Part shown: positions 17,316 to 26,060 of the stretch, piece after piece
Layout of the letters: every line of letters starts with the position of its first letter
Position numbering within the stretch: the stretch's first letter is position 1
Assembly: GCA_900543845.1 (NCBI GenBank)
Contig: UQTD01000002.1
Location: forward strand, 7,284 to 71,283
Length of the DNA stretch: 64,000 bases
Source of the DNA: an uncultured Collinsella sp.
GTDB taxonomy: Bacteria; Actinomycetota; Coriobacteriia; Coriobacteriales; Coriobacteriaceae
Reading direction: 5' to 3'
Notes under the pieces: model-generated
Databases searched by the model: none
What the model saw: the letters and a program-made list of their open reading frames with translations, nothing else
Told to the model about the DNA's origin: nothing
Program-made: the position numbers and the translations under genes

Positions 17316-17657
17316 CTACAACGCAACGGCCCGCTGAACGGGAACAATCTTATCCAGCTCCGGCTCGATGCGCCTCTTCTCTGCCTCGAGGTCAAACGCC
17401 ATCTGAGCGCGAAGCCAATAGCCATCCGTTAGGCCAAAGTAGCGGCAAAGGCGAAGATCGGTGTCAGCCGTAACACGACGCCTTCCCAAAATAATCTGCC
17501 CAATACGCTGTGCCGGAATTCCGGTCTCCTTAGCAAGGCGATATTGAGAAATGCCCATAGGAACAAGAAATTCCTCTTTGAGAAGTTCACCAGGAGTCAC
17601 CGGCGACAGCAAATCGGGCGCGGTCTCATCACTTGTGATAATCGACGATTTCGACAT
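17316..17657 (-). CDS. higA: HigA-family antitoxin (XRE HTH)
   Basis: The sequence ..LSPVTPGELLKEEFLVPMGISQYRLAKETGIPAQRIGQIILGRRRVTADTDLRLCRYFG is a typical HigA HTH. It overlaps the higB 3' end. Confidence 0.7.
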   Translation of the reverse strand: MSKSSIITSDETAPDLLSPVTPGELLKEEFLVPMGISQYRLAKETGIPAQRIGQIILGRRRVTADTDLRLCRYFGLTDGYWLRAQMAFDLEAEKRRIEPELDKIVPVQRAVAL

Positions 17658-17910
17658 TCCAAGCCATCCCCTGTCTCCACTCAAAACAGACCCGATAGCG
17701 CTCATTAACACGGATGCTATATTGACCAGCGCGATCGCCCTTCAACGCTTCAAGACGATTGCCTGGCGGAACGCGAAGATCATCAAGCGAAGCGCAGATC
17801 TGCAGTTGGCGAATCTTCCTCAAGGCGACCCGCTCAAAAGGAATGAACTTCCTAATCCGCACACCCATTGCGAAGCGTTCAGTGTCTTCATCTTTATATG
17901 ATGCAATCAT
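17629..17910 (-). CDS. higB: HigB-family toxin (RelE/ParE superfamily)
   Basis: 93 aa. ..FAMGVRIRKF..PPGNRLEALKGDRAGQYSIRVNERYRVCFEW.. matches the HigB killer-protein family. It sits upstream of higA, in the characteristic higBA order. Confidence 0.7.
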   Translation of the reverse strand: MIASYKDEDTERFAMGVRIRKFIPFERVALRKIRQLQICASLDDLRVPPGNRLEALKGDRAGQYSIRVNERYRVCFEWRQGMAWNVEIVDYHK

Positions 17911-18011
17911 AGTATCGCCTTACGTTAATAACGTCAAACGTTTCTATAGACTTACATCTCTATTATACCGTACATCTGTTCGTGTTTTCTAGAGCAGGTA
18001 TCCTTCGCCAA

Positions 18012-19199
18012 TTAACCAAGCAGAAACAATCGTTTGTAGACATCGAGGCCTTTGAGCAGAATTTCCTCGCCAAAGAGCATGGTATCGGTATGCAGAGCGC
18101 TCGTGGCATAGGCGGGACAGCCATCCGAATCGCTCGGGTTTTCTTGTCCCTCTGGCACGCCCGTGCCCAGCAAGAAGAACACGCCCGGCAGATGGCGCTG
18201 ATAGAAGGCGAAGTCCTCGGCAATCAGCAAAGGCTCATCTACGAGCTGTAGTTCGGGCAAAGCCGGTGCAATGCGAGTGAACAACTCGGGGTCGTTGTCG
18301 ACCGGCGGATAGCCCTCGGCAAAGTCGAGATCGTACGTGCAGCCCGTTGCAGCGCATGCCTCATCAAGCACGCGGCGCACGCCCTCACGCGCACGGTCGA
18401 ACATGTCGTCCGTAAACACACGCAGACTGCCGGCAACATGGGCCTCCCCCGCCACCGCGTTGCAGACGGTACCGGCCTGCAGCAGACCAAACTTACCGAT
18501 ACAGGGCTCGTCGGTGCCCAGCTCGTCCATCAGCACGCGCTCGGCAACCAAAAACTTCGCTGCCGCCAACGCGGCATCGTGCGACTCCTCAACCGGCACA
18601 CCATAGGTCTTAGCAATATGGATGCTCGTACCGTGAATATGGATATGCGTCTCACTCGAACGCGCCAGCAGCGGACCGGAACAACTCGCCAACGTGCCGG
18701 CAGGCAGATCGGGCCACACATGGAAGCCAAAAATGCGGTCAGCCCCATAGCGCTCGAACACACCGCTCTCGCATACTGTCTTGGCACCACCGGTCGTTTC
18801 CTCGGCCGGCTGGAACACAAAGAGAACGTTGCGCCTCATGGCGCCCGGCTGCTCGCGAATCGTACGGTCGACATACGTCGCGGCGGCAAGTGCCATGGCC
18901 ATGTGTCCGTCATGTCCGCAAGCGTGCATCTTGCCGGGATGGATCGAGGCAAAGGCCGCTCCCGTCGCCTCCGCGATGGGCAGCGCATCCATATCGGCGC
19001 GAATCGCCGTGGCACGCGCGGCACCAACGCCAGCGTCGAAGAAAGCGCAGACGCAGCTGGGACACGGATGGGTCACCTCGCAAGCGAGCGGCGCCAACAC
19101 GCCCTCGATATAGGCGATAGTCTGCGGAAGATCGAAATCGAGCTCCGGAATGCGATGGAGATCGCGGCGATAGCGACGGAGTTCTTGGAGCTCGGTCAT
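18012..19199 (-). CDS. M20-family amidohydrolase, candidate N-acetyl-diaminopimelate deacetylase (YkuR/DapL-type)
   Basis: M20D motifs HACGHDGH and metal-binding D/E/H residues. It is divergent from a lysA-dapA-dapB-dapH operon that uses the acetyl branch. The real start ATG at 19199 has a GAAGGGA RBS. Confidence 0.6.
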   Translation of the reverse strand: MTELQELRRYRRDLHRIPELDFDLPQTIAYIEGVLAPLACEVTHPCPSCVCAFFDAGVGAARATAIRADMDALPIAEATGAAFASIHPGKMHACGHDGHMAMALAAATYVDRTIREQPGAMRRNVLFVFQPAEETTGGAKTVCESGVFERYGADRIFGFHVWPDLPAGTLASCSGPLLARSSETHIHIHGTSIHIAKTYGVPVEESHDAALAAAKFLVAERVLMDELGTDEPCIGKFGLLQAGTVCNAVAGEAHVAGSLRVFTDDMFDRAREGVRRVLDEACAATGCTYDLDFAEGYPPVDNDPELFTRIAPALPELQLVDEPLLIAEDFAFYQRHLPGVFFLLGTGVPEGQENPSDSDGCPAYATSALHTDTMLFGEEILLKGLDVYKRLFLLG

Positions 19200-19347
19200 A
19201 GAGAATCCCTTCGTGAGGCACATCTGTTGCAACTTATTGTGATACAGGATTGTGGCACACATGTTTCCAGCATATTGCTGCATTTTTTAAACGTTATATA
19301 CGAATACTCTTGTTTGGTAAAGTGCAACGTGATAGGGTCTTTACCAC

Positions 19348-19500
19348 TTGATAGAGGCGCGGGCACGAAGAGCCGCGGGCGAGCCGGCAGGCTTTGACCC
19401 CGTGGGGAGGCGAAACCCGCCGAACTGGGTTTTTCGGGCACGAACAACCTGGTGGGCCTGTGGGAAACACCCACAGGACTGTCTGCAGCAATGCGGGAGC
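19348..19500 (+). ncRNA. Lysine riboswitch (L-box) in the 5' leader of the lysA-dapA operon
   Basis: The 5' motif GATAGAGGCGC and 3' motif GGGAGCGCTATC match the conserved L-box ends. Several GC helices lie between them. It sits in the 380-nt leader of a lysine biosynthesis operon. Confidence 0.55.
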
Positions 19501-19577
19501 GCTATCCGGACATTGGGTCCACGCTATGCGGATTCGATGCGCAGATGGCGCCGTCTGGATAGCGAGGTTTACGGGAC

Positions 19578-21887
19578 ATGGCATTGACCCCCAACGAGGC
19601 ATATGCGGCCAAGCAGCCGTTTGTGGACAAGGAGACACTCGAGCATATCGTCGAGCAGTTCCCCACGCCGTTTCATCTATACGACGAGGCGGGCATCCGC
19701 CGCAACATGCAAGAAGTGCGCGACGCCTTTGCATGGAACCCGGGCTTTAAGGAATACTTTGCCGTCAAGGCCAACCCCAACCCGGCGCTCATCTCCATTC
19801 TCAACGAATACGGCTGCGGCTGCGATTGCTCGAGCTATACCGAGCTCATGATCGCCCGCTCGCTGGGCATCACGGGACACGACATCATGTTCTCTTCCAA
19901 CGACACGCCGGCTGCCGACTTTGAGCTCGCCAACAAGCTGGGTGCCATCGTCAACTTTGACGACATCAGCCACATCGAGTTCTTTGAGCGTGTTGCGGGG
20001 CCCATCCCCAAAACGGTCAGCTGCCGCTTTAATCCAGGCGGCCTGTTCCAGCTCTCCAACGGCATCATGGATAACCCCGGCGACTCCAAATACGGCATGA
20101 CCACCGAGCAGCTCTTTGAGGCTTTCCGCATGCTCAAGGCCAAGGGCGCCGAGAATTTTGGCATCCATGCCTTCCTTGCCAGCAACACCGTCACCAACGA
20201 CTACTACCCCAAGCTCGCGCGCATCCTCTTTGAGCTTGCCGTGCGCCTGGAGCGCGAGACCGGTGCACATGTCGCCTTCATCAATCTGTCCGGCGGCGTC
20301 GGCATCCCCTATCTGCCCGAGCAGCAGGCCAACGACATTCACGCCATCGGCGAGGGGGTGCACGCGGCCTACGACGAAATCCTGGTTCCCGCCGGTATGG
20401 GCGATGTGGCCATCTGCACCGAGATGGGCCGCTTTATGATGGGGCCCTACGGCTGCCTGGTCACCAAGGCTATCCACGAAAAGCAGATCTACAAGGACTA
20501 TATCGGTGTCGACGCAAGCGCCGTCGATCTGATCCGTCCTGCCATGTACGGCGCCTACCACCACATTACGGTAATGGGTCAGCCGGGTGGCGCCGACAAG
20601 ACCGCGGCGCCTGTCACAAACACGTACGACATTACGGGCAATCTGTGCGAGAACAACGACAAGTTCGCCATCGACCGCGAGCTACCGCAGATCGACATGG
20701 GCGATGTGCTCGTGATCCACGATACCGGCGCGCATGGCTACTCCATGGGCTACAACTACAACGGACGGCTGCGCTCCGCCGAGGTGCTGCTGCGCCCCGA
20801 TGGCTCGGCCGACCTCATCCGCCGCGCCGAGCGCCCGGGCGATTACTTTGCCACACTCGACGTGCTGCCGAGCGGCCGAGAACTGCTGGCCAAGTCGCGC
20901 GCCGAAAGTGCTCGCCGTCGCGCCCAAGACGAGCGCCTGGCAGTCGCCGCCCAATGGAACAAACGCATCCAGATCGCGGACGCGAAGGAGAAGAACATGG
21001 ACATCCGCAATCTTGAGGGCTCGATCGTCGCCCTTGTTACGCCGTTTAAAAAGGACGGCAGCGTCGACTTTGACGCGCTCGAACGCCTTATCGATTTCCA
21101 CCTGCAAAACGGCACCGATGCCATCCTCACCCTGGGCACCACCGGCGAGAGCGCCACGATGACCGATGACGAGGACAACTCCGTCGTCGCCGCCGTGGTC
21201 AAGCATGTTGCAGGACGCGTCCCCGTCATCGCCGGCTCGGGCTCCAACTCCACGCAGACGATGCTCACCAAGTCGCTCACCTACCAGGGCTTGGGAGCCG
21301 ACGGCCTGCTGCTCATCACCCCCTACTACAACAAGTCCAACGAAGAGGGCATCTATCAGCACTTTAAGACCGTCGCCGATGCTGTGGACATCCCCTGCAT
21401 CCTGTACAACATCCCCGGCCGCTGCGGCTGCGGCATCAGCGAGCGCAACGTAGAGCGCTTGGCCGCGCACCCCAACATCATGGGGATCAAGGAAGCCTCG
21501 GGCAACGTCGCCTACGCGGCCAAGATTGCCCACCTGCTGTCCGACGACTTCCGCATGTACTCGGGCGAGGACGCCCTCACCGTGCCGCTCATGAGCCTGG
21601 GCGCTTCGGGCACCATCAGCGTGTGGGCCGACGTTCAGCCGCAGCTCGTGCACGACATGTGCCGCGCCTATCTGGACGGCGACGTGGAGCGCGCCCGCGA
21701 TATCCAGATTGCCGGCCAGCCGCTCATCAATGCCCTCTTTAGCGAGGTCAACCCCATTCCCGTCAAGGAAGCACTCGCCCAGATGGGTATGATCGAGGCA
21801 AACTACCGCATGCCGCTGTGCCCCATGGCAGACGACACGCGCTCCGCACTTACCGATGCTCTGAAGGGAGCTGGTCTGCTTGATTAA
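19578..21887 (+). CDS. lysA-dapA: In-frame fusion (or stop-less junction) of diaminopimelate decarboxylase LysA and 4-hydroxy-tetrahydrodipicolinate synthase DapA
   Basis: The first ~430 aa are an Orn/DAP/Arg decarboxylase (FAVKANPNP.., CENND). From residue ~474, MDIRNLEGSIVALVTPF.. is a full DapA. An internal RBS GAAGGAGAA plus ATG at 20997 is in the same frame, with no stop between the two parts. Confidence 0.7.
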   Translation: MALTPNEAYAAKQPFVDKETLEHIVEQFPTPFHLYDEAGIRRNMQEVRDAFAWNPGFKEYFAVKANPNPALISILNEYGCGCDCSSYTELMIARSLGITGHDIMFSSNDTPAADFELANKLGAIVNFDDISHIEFFERVAGPIPKTVSCRFNPGGLFQLSNGIMDNPGDSKYGMTTEQLFEAFRMLKAKGAENFGIHAFLASNTVTNDYYPKLARILFELAVRLERETGAHVAFINLSGGVGIPYLPEQQANDIHAIGEGVHAAYDEILVPAGMGDVAICTEMGRFMMGPYGCLVTKAIHEKQIYKDYIGVDASAVDLIRPAMYGAYHHITVMGQPGGADKTAAPVTNTYDITGNLCENNDKFAIDRELPQIDMGDVLVIHDTGAHGYSMGYNYNGRLRSAEVLLRPDGSADLIRRAERPGDYFATLDVLPSGRELLAKSRAESARRRAQDERLAVAAQWNKRIQIADAKEKNMDIRNLEGSIVALVTPFKKDGSVDFDALERLIDFHLQNGTDAILTLGTTGESATMTDDEDNSVVAAVVKHVAGRVPVIAGSGSNSTQTMLTKSLTYQGLGADGLLLITPYYNKSNEEGIYQHFKTVADAVDIPCILYNIPGRCGCGISERNVERLAAHPNIMGIKEASGNVAYAAKIAHLLSDDFRMYSGEDALTVPLMSLGASGTISVWADVQPQLVHDMCRAYLDGDVERARDIQIAGQPLINALFSEVNPIPVKEALAQMGMIEANYRMPLCPMADDTRSALTDALKGAGLLD

Positions 21888-22620
21888 GACCGTCATTATG
21901 GGAACGGGCCGCATGGGCTCGCTCATCTGCACCACCGCCGAGGGCGTTGTCGACGCCGCCGGTCAGCCCGTTTTTGATATCGTCGCGCAGATAGGCTTTG
22001 ATCTAACCGAACTCGAGAACGCACCAGTCGCCGACGTCATCATCGACTTCTCGAACGTCGTGACCTTCGATGCTGTCGTCGCCTATGTCGAGCGCACGGG
22101 TGCCGCACTCGTTTCCGGCACCACGGGCTATACGCCCGAGCAGGTGGATCGCCTGCGCGAGCTGGGTCAGAACGCCCGTGTTATGCACTCGGGCAACTAC
22201 TCTATCGGTATCGCCGCCCTGCGCCATCTGGTTGCCCAGGCCACGCGCGAGCTGCCCGGCTTTGACTGCGAAATCGTCGAGACGCACCATAATCAAAAGG
22301 TCGACGCCCCCAGCGGCACTGCCAAGTTGTTGCTCGACGCCGTCGTCGAAGCCGAGCCCGAGGCAGGCTACCACCCCGTCTATGGCCGCGAGGGTATGTG
22401 CGGCGCGCGCGACCCCAAGGAGATCGGCATGCACTCGCTGCGCGGCGGCACCGTCGCCGGCGTGCACGAGGTAAGCTTTTTCGGCCAGGACGAGGAGGTC
22501 ACGCTCACGCACCGCGCCACGAGCCGTCAGATCTTCGTCAACGGCGCCCTGGCAGCCGCGCAGAAGCTCGTCACCCGCGAGCCTGGCTTCTATACGTTCG
22601 ACCAGGTCATGTTTGCCTAA
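21880..22620 (+). CDS. dapB: 4-hydroxy-tetrahydrodipicolinate reductase
   Basis: N-terminal Rossmann GTGRMG plus the signature ETHHNQKVDAPSGTA. Overlaps the dapA stop by 8 nt. Confidence 0.85.
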   Translation: MIKTVIMGTGRMGSLICTTAEGVVDAAGQPVFDIVAQIGFDLTELENAPVADVIIDFSNVVTFDAVVAYVERTGAALVSGTTGYTPEQVDRLRELGQNARVMHSGNYSIGIAALRHLVAQATRELPGFDCEIVETHHNQKVDAPSGTAKLLLDAVVEAEPEAGYHPVYGREGMCGARDPKEIGMHSLRGGTVAGVHEVSFFGQDEEVTLTHRATSRQIFVNGALAAAQKLVTREPGFYTFDQVMFA

Positions 22621-22659
22621 CCAGGTATCAACCGGATCCACTCAAAGGAGAGACAGCAA

Positions 22660-23379
22660 ATGAGTAATGCAGCCGAGATGGATGCACAGGAGATTATCAA
22701 CTACATCGCAACCGCGCCCAAGAAAACGCCCGTCAAACTGTACGTGCGCGAAAAGCCGGGCATGAAGGTCCAGTGGGGCAATGCGCACGTCTACGGCGGT
22801 CGTCGTGGCAAGACCGTCTTTGGTGACTGGGATGAGCTCAAGGCAATCCTCGACGCCAACGCCGACTCCATCGACTACTACGACGTAGAGAACGACTGCC
22901 GCAACTCCGCCGTGCCCATGCTCGACCTCAAGGGTATCAACGCCCGCATCGAGCCGGGCGCGATCATCCGCGACCGTGTCGAGATTGGCGATCGCGCCGT
23001 CATCATGATGGGCGCCATCATCAACATCGGCTCCGTCATTGGCGAAGGCTCCATGATCGACATGGGCGCTGTGCTGGGCGGCCGCGCCACCGTGGGCAAG
23101 AACTGCCACATCGGCGCCGGCACCGTGCTGGCAGGCGTCGTGGAGCCCGCCAGTGCCACGCCCGTCATCATCGAGGACGACGTTATGATCGGCGCCAATG
23201 CCGTGGTCCTGGAGGGCGTGCACGTAGGCAAGGGCGCTGTCGTTGCCGCCGGCGCCGTGTGCGTCGAGGACGTCCCCGCCGGTGCCGTCGTGGCCGGTGT
23301 CCCCGCCCGCGTCATCAAGATGCGCGACGAGAAGACCGACAGCAAGACCGGCCTGGAAGAGGGCCTGCGCCAGCTGTAG
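22660..23379 (+). CDS. dapH: 2,3,4,5-tetrahydropyridine-2,6-dicarboxylate N-acetyltransferase (DapH-type hexapeptide acyltransferase)
   Basis: 239 aa with left-handed beta-helix hexapeptide repeats. It follows dapB and has the typical DapH size. Confidence 0.7.
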   Translation: MSNAAEMDAQEIINYIATAPKKTPVKLYVREKPGMKVQWGNAHVYGGRRGKTVFGDWDELKAILDANADSIDYYDVENDCRNSAVPMLDLKGINARIEPGAIIRDRVEIGDRAVIMMGAIINIGSVIGEGSMIDMGAVLGGRATVGKNCHIGAGTVLAGVVEPASATPVIIEDDVMIGANAVVLEGVHVGKGAVVAAGAVCVEDVPAGAVVAGVPARVIKMRDEKTDSKTGLEEGLRQL

Positions 23380-23385
23380 AAGTTG

Positions 23386-23562
23386 CGCGGTTTTACCAAA
23401 CCGCGTAACTAGTCGACGCTGCACCTTTGGTTCCGTCGTTCTAACGAACGACGGATCTCTCGACGCTGCAAACGCCCCTAAGCGGCAATCTGACGTTCAA
23501 TCGTCGGTCGCGTACCGAAGTACGCTTCCCTCCTCTTTCACGTCACCTTGCTCGCCTAGGGG
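23386..23562 (+). repeat. REP-like intergenic repeat, copy B (terminal hairpin gcggttttaccaaaccgc plus core gttcaatcgtcggtcgcgtaccgaagtacgc..)
   Basis: Shares the ggttttaccaaaccgcgtaac hairpin and the gcgtac-N4-gtacgc core with the copies at 4378 and 33802. It contains an internal duplication (cgacgctgc twice) and a 9-bp hairpin ccgtcgttc-taa-cgaacgacgg. Confidence 0.55.
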
Positions 23563-23669
23563 CGTTTTCGCTGACTTATGCTCAGTCTGCAACTCAATTC
23601 AGCTCCAAGCAAAAAGGCCGAAGTCCCGAAGGGTTTCGGCCTTTGCTTTGTCTGAAGTTCAAGCGCAGT

Positions 23670-24683
23670 TTATCGATTCTCAATTGACCCGATATTCTTG
23701 AGCTCGATGGAGATAAGGCCGTTGGGCTCGTTGACGAACTCGATATACTCGGAGTTCGAACCCATCTCGGCCGGGAAGCTGATCTCGATGCCCGTGTCGG
23801 TACGAATCTTGTGATTGCGCACGGCCGCGCGTTCGACCTGCTTGCGCTCCACGGGCACGCGATCGGGCACCTTCTCCTCGGTCAGCGCCGCACGCACGTT
23901 CTCCTTGATAACCGGCTCGTCCTCAAAGACCTCATCGACGATATCCCAGGGCGGCAGCTCCTCGTCATCCTCAACCTTCTCGGCAACGGCAGCCTTAACC
24001 TTAGCGAGCGCCACGGCCGTATTGGCACCATGCTCCTCGGCGACTTCCTCGACCACACGCGTCACGGTGTCGATGACCTCCTTGCCCGATACACCCGTGT
24101 CGCACTGCAGCAGGCCATCGGGGATAAGCATACGGTCCTCGCCGGCAATCTTGCGCTTCTTGTCCACGTAGCCGATCTCCATGGTACTCGCGCGCACGAT
24201 GGCATAGCTCGGCACCTTTTGCGAGGGGTTCGGCAGAATGGCGTAGTGGCGCGCGATGTCGTTGCGCACCTCCCCCTCCTCGCGGCCCACTTCGTGCATA
24301 AAAGCCTGCTTGGAGCCCAGCAGCATCACGGCAAACCAGCGGGCATCCTCATCGTCGTCAAAATCGGCCACGAGCACGTCGGTGGACTCGGCTTTCTCGG
24401 CTTTGGTGAGCTCGGAAGAGATGAACTCCGCAATCTGCTGCGACAGGTCCACGAACTCGCGCTCGCCAAAGAAATAGCCCTTGAGCTCGCCGCCAAACGC
24501 AGAGTTCTCGGCAAACGTGGCACGTTTATTGTCGGCCGAGGTTCGTGCGCGGCGCAGATGCGTGGTCACGAAGTTGCGCACGGTACGACTCTCGATATCG
24601 AGCTCGCGCTGGCTCATGACGTTGACGGCAGAGTCAAAGTCCAGGATATGCAGAATCGCATGATTGATTTTCATATACGGCAT
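23670..24683 (-). CDS. Putative nucleoid-associated protein (NdpA/YejK-like, NA37 family)
   Basis: 337 aa with an N-terminal MKINHAILHILD.. and an acidic central region. The assignment rests on architecture only. Confidence 0.4.
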   Translation of the reverse strand: MPYMKINHAILHILDFDSAVNVMSQRELDIESRTVRNFVTTHLRRARTSADNKRATFAENSAFGGELKGYFFGEREFVDLSQQIAEFISSELTKAEKAESTDVLVADFDDDEDARWFAVMLLGSKQAFMHEVGREEGEVRNDIARHYAILPNPSQKVPSYAIVRASTMEIGYVDKKRKIAGEDRMLIPDGLLQCDTGVSGKEVIDTVTRVVEEVAEEHGANTAVALAKVKAAVAEKVEDDEELPPWDIVDEVFEDEPVIKENVRAALTEEKVPDRVPVERKQVERAAVRNHKIRTDTGIEISFPAEMGSNSEYIEFVNEPNGLISIELKNIGSIENR

Positions 24684-24785
24684 TCCGTTCTAGATCGATT
24701 TCGGCACGAACCAGTATAGCGGTCGAGCCCACCCCAGGCGCATCGAAGATTGGTGCATCGGGGACAGGTTGCTTTGCGCCAATGG

Positions 24786-25946
24786 CTAGCGCAGGAGCTC
24801 GGACTGCCAAGCCTCGAGCTGTTCTGCCAAACTCTTGCCGGCAGCGGGCATGTCGATCTGAGGGCGTTTGGGCAGCAGTGCGCATTTAAGGATTGCCACG
24901 ATGGTCTGCGAGACAAAGCGTCGTGTATCCTTGTCAAAGCCTTGCGCAGCCTGGAGCATCACGGGCAGGCTCTCGCGCAGATTCCCAGCGATATCCGCAA
25001 ACCGCTCAGCACCCGTTGCCTCAAACACGGAGAACAACGCATCTACAAAACGCTCGCGCTCGCCAGGCGACACTGCAAGCAGCATCTCGCGAATGGAGCC
25101 ATCAACATATCGAGCACCGGCGGACAGGCGCTCACAGTACACGAAGTCGCGACCATCAACCACCCAGCTAAAGGGATTGTGCTGCAGCAGGCTGAACTCG
25201 GTGCTCTCAACGATGGCATAGTCCTCCTGTGTCTCGAACATCATGCCAAAGATCGACGACCGAGGTAGCGTCTTGTCGATTCGACCGGAAAGATCGGCAA
25301 AGGCGTCGCCGTTCAGAAACTCCTCGACGAAGCCCGGGCCATCATGGGAATACGCCCGTTCGATTCGCTCACGGGCGACATCGGAGCACATCGCCGCACC
25401 GTACACCGCAAGGTTTCCACCCTTGGAATGACCTCCGCACAAAAGCGGCCCGTCAATCGCATCCGCCGCCTCGTCCACATAACGTGCCGCGGATTCCTGG
25501 GCCGGCACAGGACACCGGAACGCCATGTTAAAGTCCTCTTTCCAGCCCACAATCGTGCTGTCGGTCCCCCGGAAGGAAAGATAGCTAAACCCTGCCGGAA
25601 ACCGAAACGCCATGGCTGCAAACTGCTCCGTCGCCACCACATCGCTCACGGCACGATAGCCGCAAACGTGCACGCCACGGTAGCGAGGACTTGCTGCCAC
25701 GGCCTCCAACAAGGCCCTGCTCCCCTCCGGGTCCCACAAGTCGTCAATCATGTCCCGGTAGCACTCGGCACGCAGCAGCTCGCGTACGTCTAGGCCCTGC
25801 CAGTTCGTCAGCTCCGCCATATCACCTGGCAAACGCAAATAGGACAACCACGCAAAGACCAGGCTATCCACCGCGCAGAACGGCCGCTCCTCAAACGGAT
25901 CAAACGCCGTCTGGGCATAGGTCAAAAAATTAGGCGAATCCGACAT
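24786..25946 (-). CDS. Alpha/beta-hydrolase, DUF2974/Mbeg1-like lipase-family protein
   Basis: Nucleophile elbow GGHSKGG (GxSxG) lies in the middle of a 386-aa soluble protein. Confidence 0.5.
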   Translation of the reverse strand: MSDSPNFLTYAQTAFDPFEERPFCAVDSLVFAWLSYLRLPGDMAELTNWQGLDVRELLRAECYRDMIDDLWDPEGSRALLEAVAASPRYRGVHVCGYRAVSDVVATEQFAAMAFRFPAGFSYLSFRGTDSTIVGWKEDFNMAFRCPVPAQESAARYVDEAADAIDGPLLCGGHSKGGNLAVYGAAMCSDVARERIERAYSHDGPGFVEEFLNGDAFADLSGRIDKTLPRSSIFGMMFETQEDYAIVESTEFSLLQHNPFSWVVDGRDFVYCERLSAGARYVDGSIREMLLAVSPGERERFVDALFSVFEATGAERFADIAGNLRESLPVMLQAAQGFDKDTRRFVSQTIVAILKCALLPKRPQIDMPAAGKSLAEQLEAWQSELLR

Positions 25947-26060
25947 GGCCCTCCCATCAACTATGGTGCATTGGGGTCAGGTTACTTTGCACCAAAAAGG
26001 CGCCCGGGCCGTGTGGACCCGGACGCCTTCATTGTAGCTTTTCGCTCTAGCGAGCTTGAT

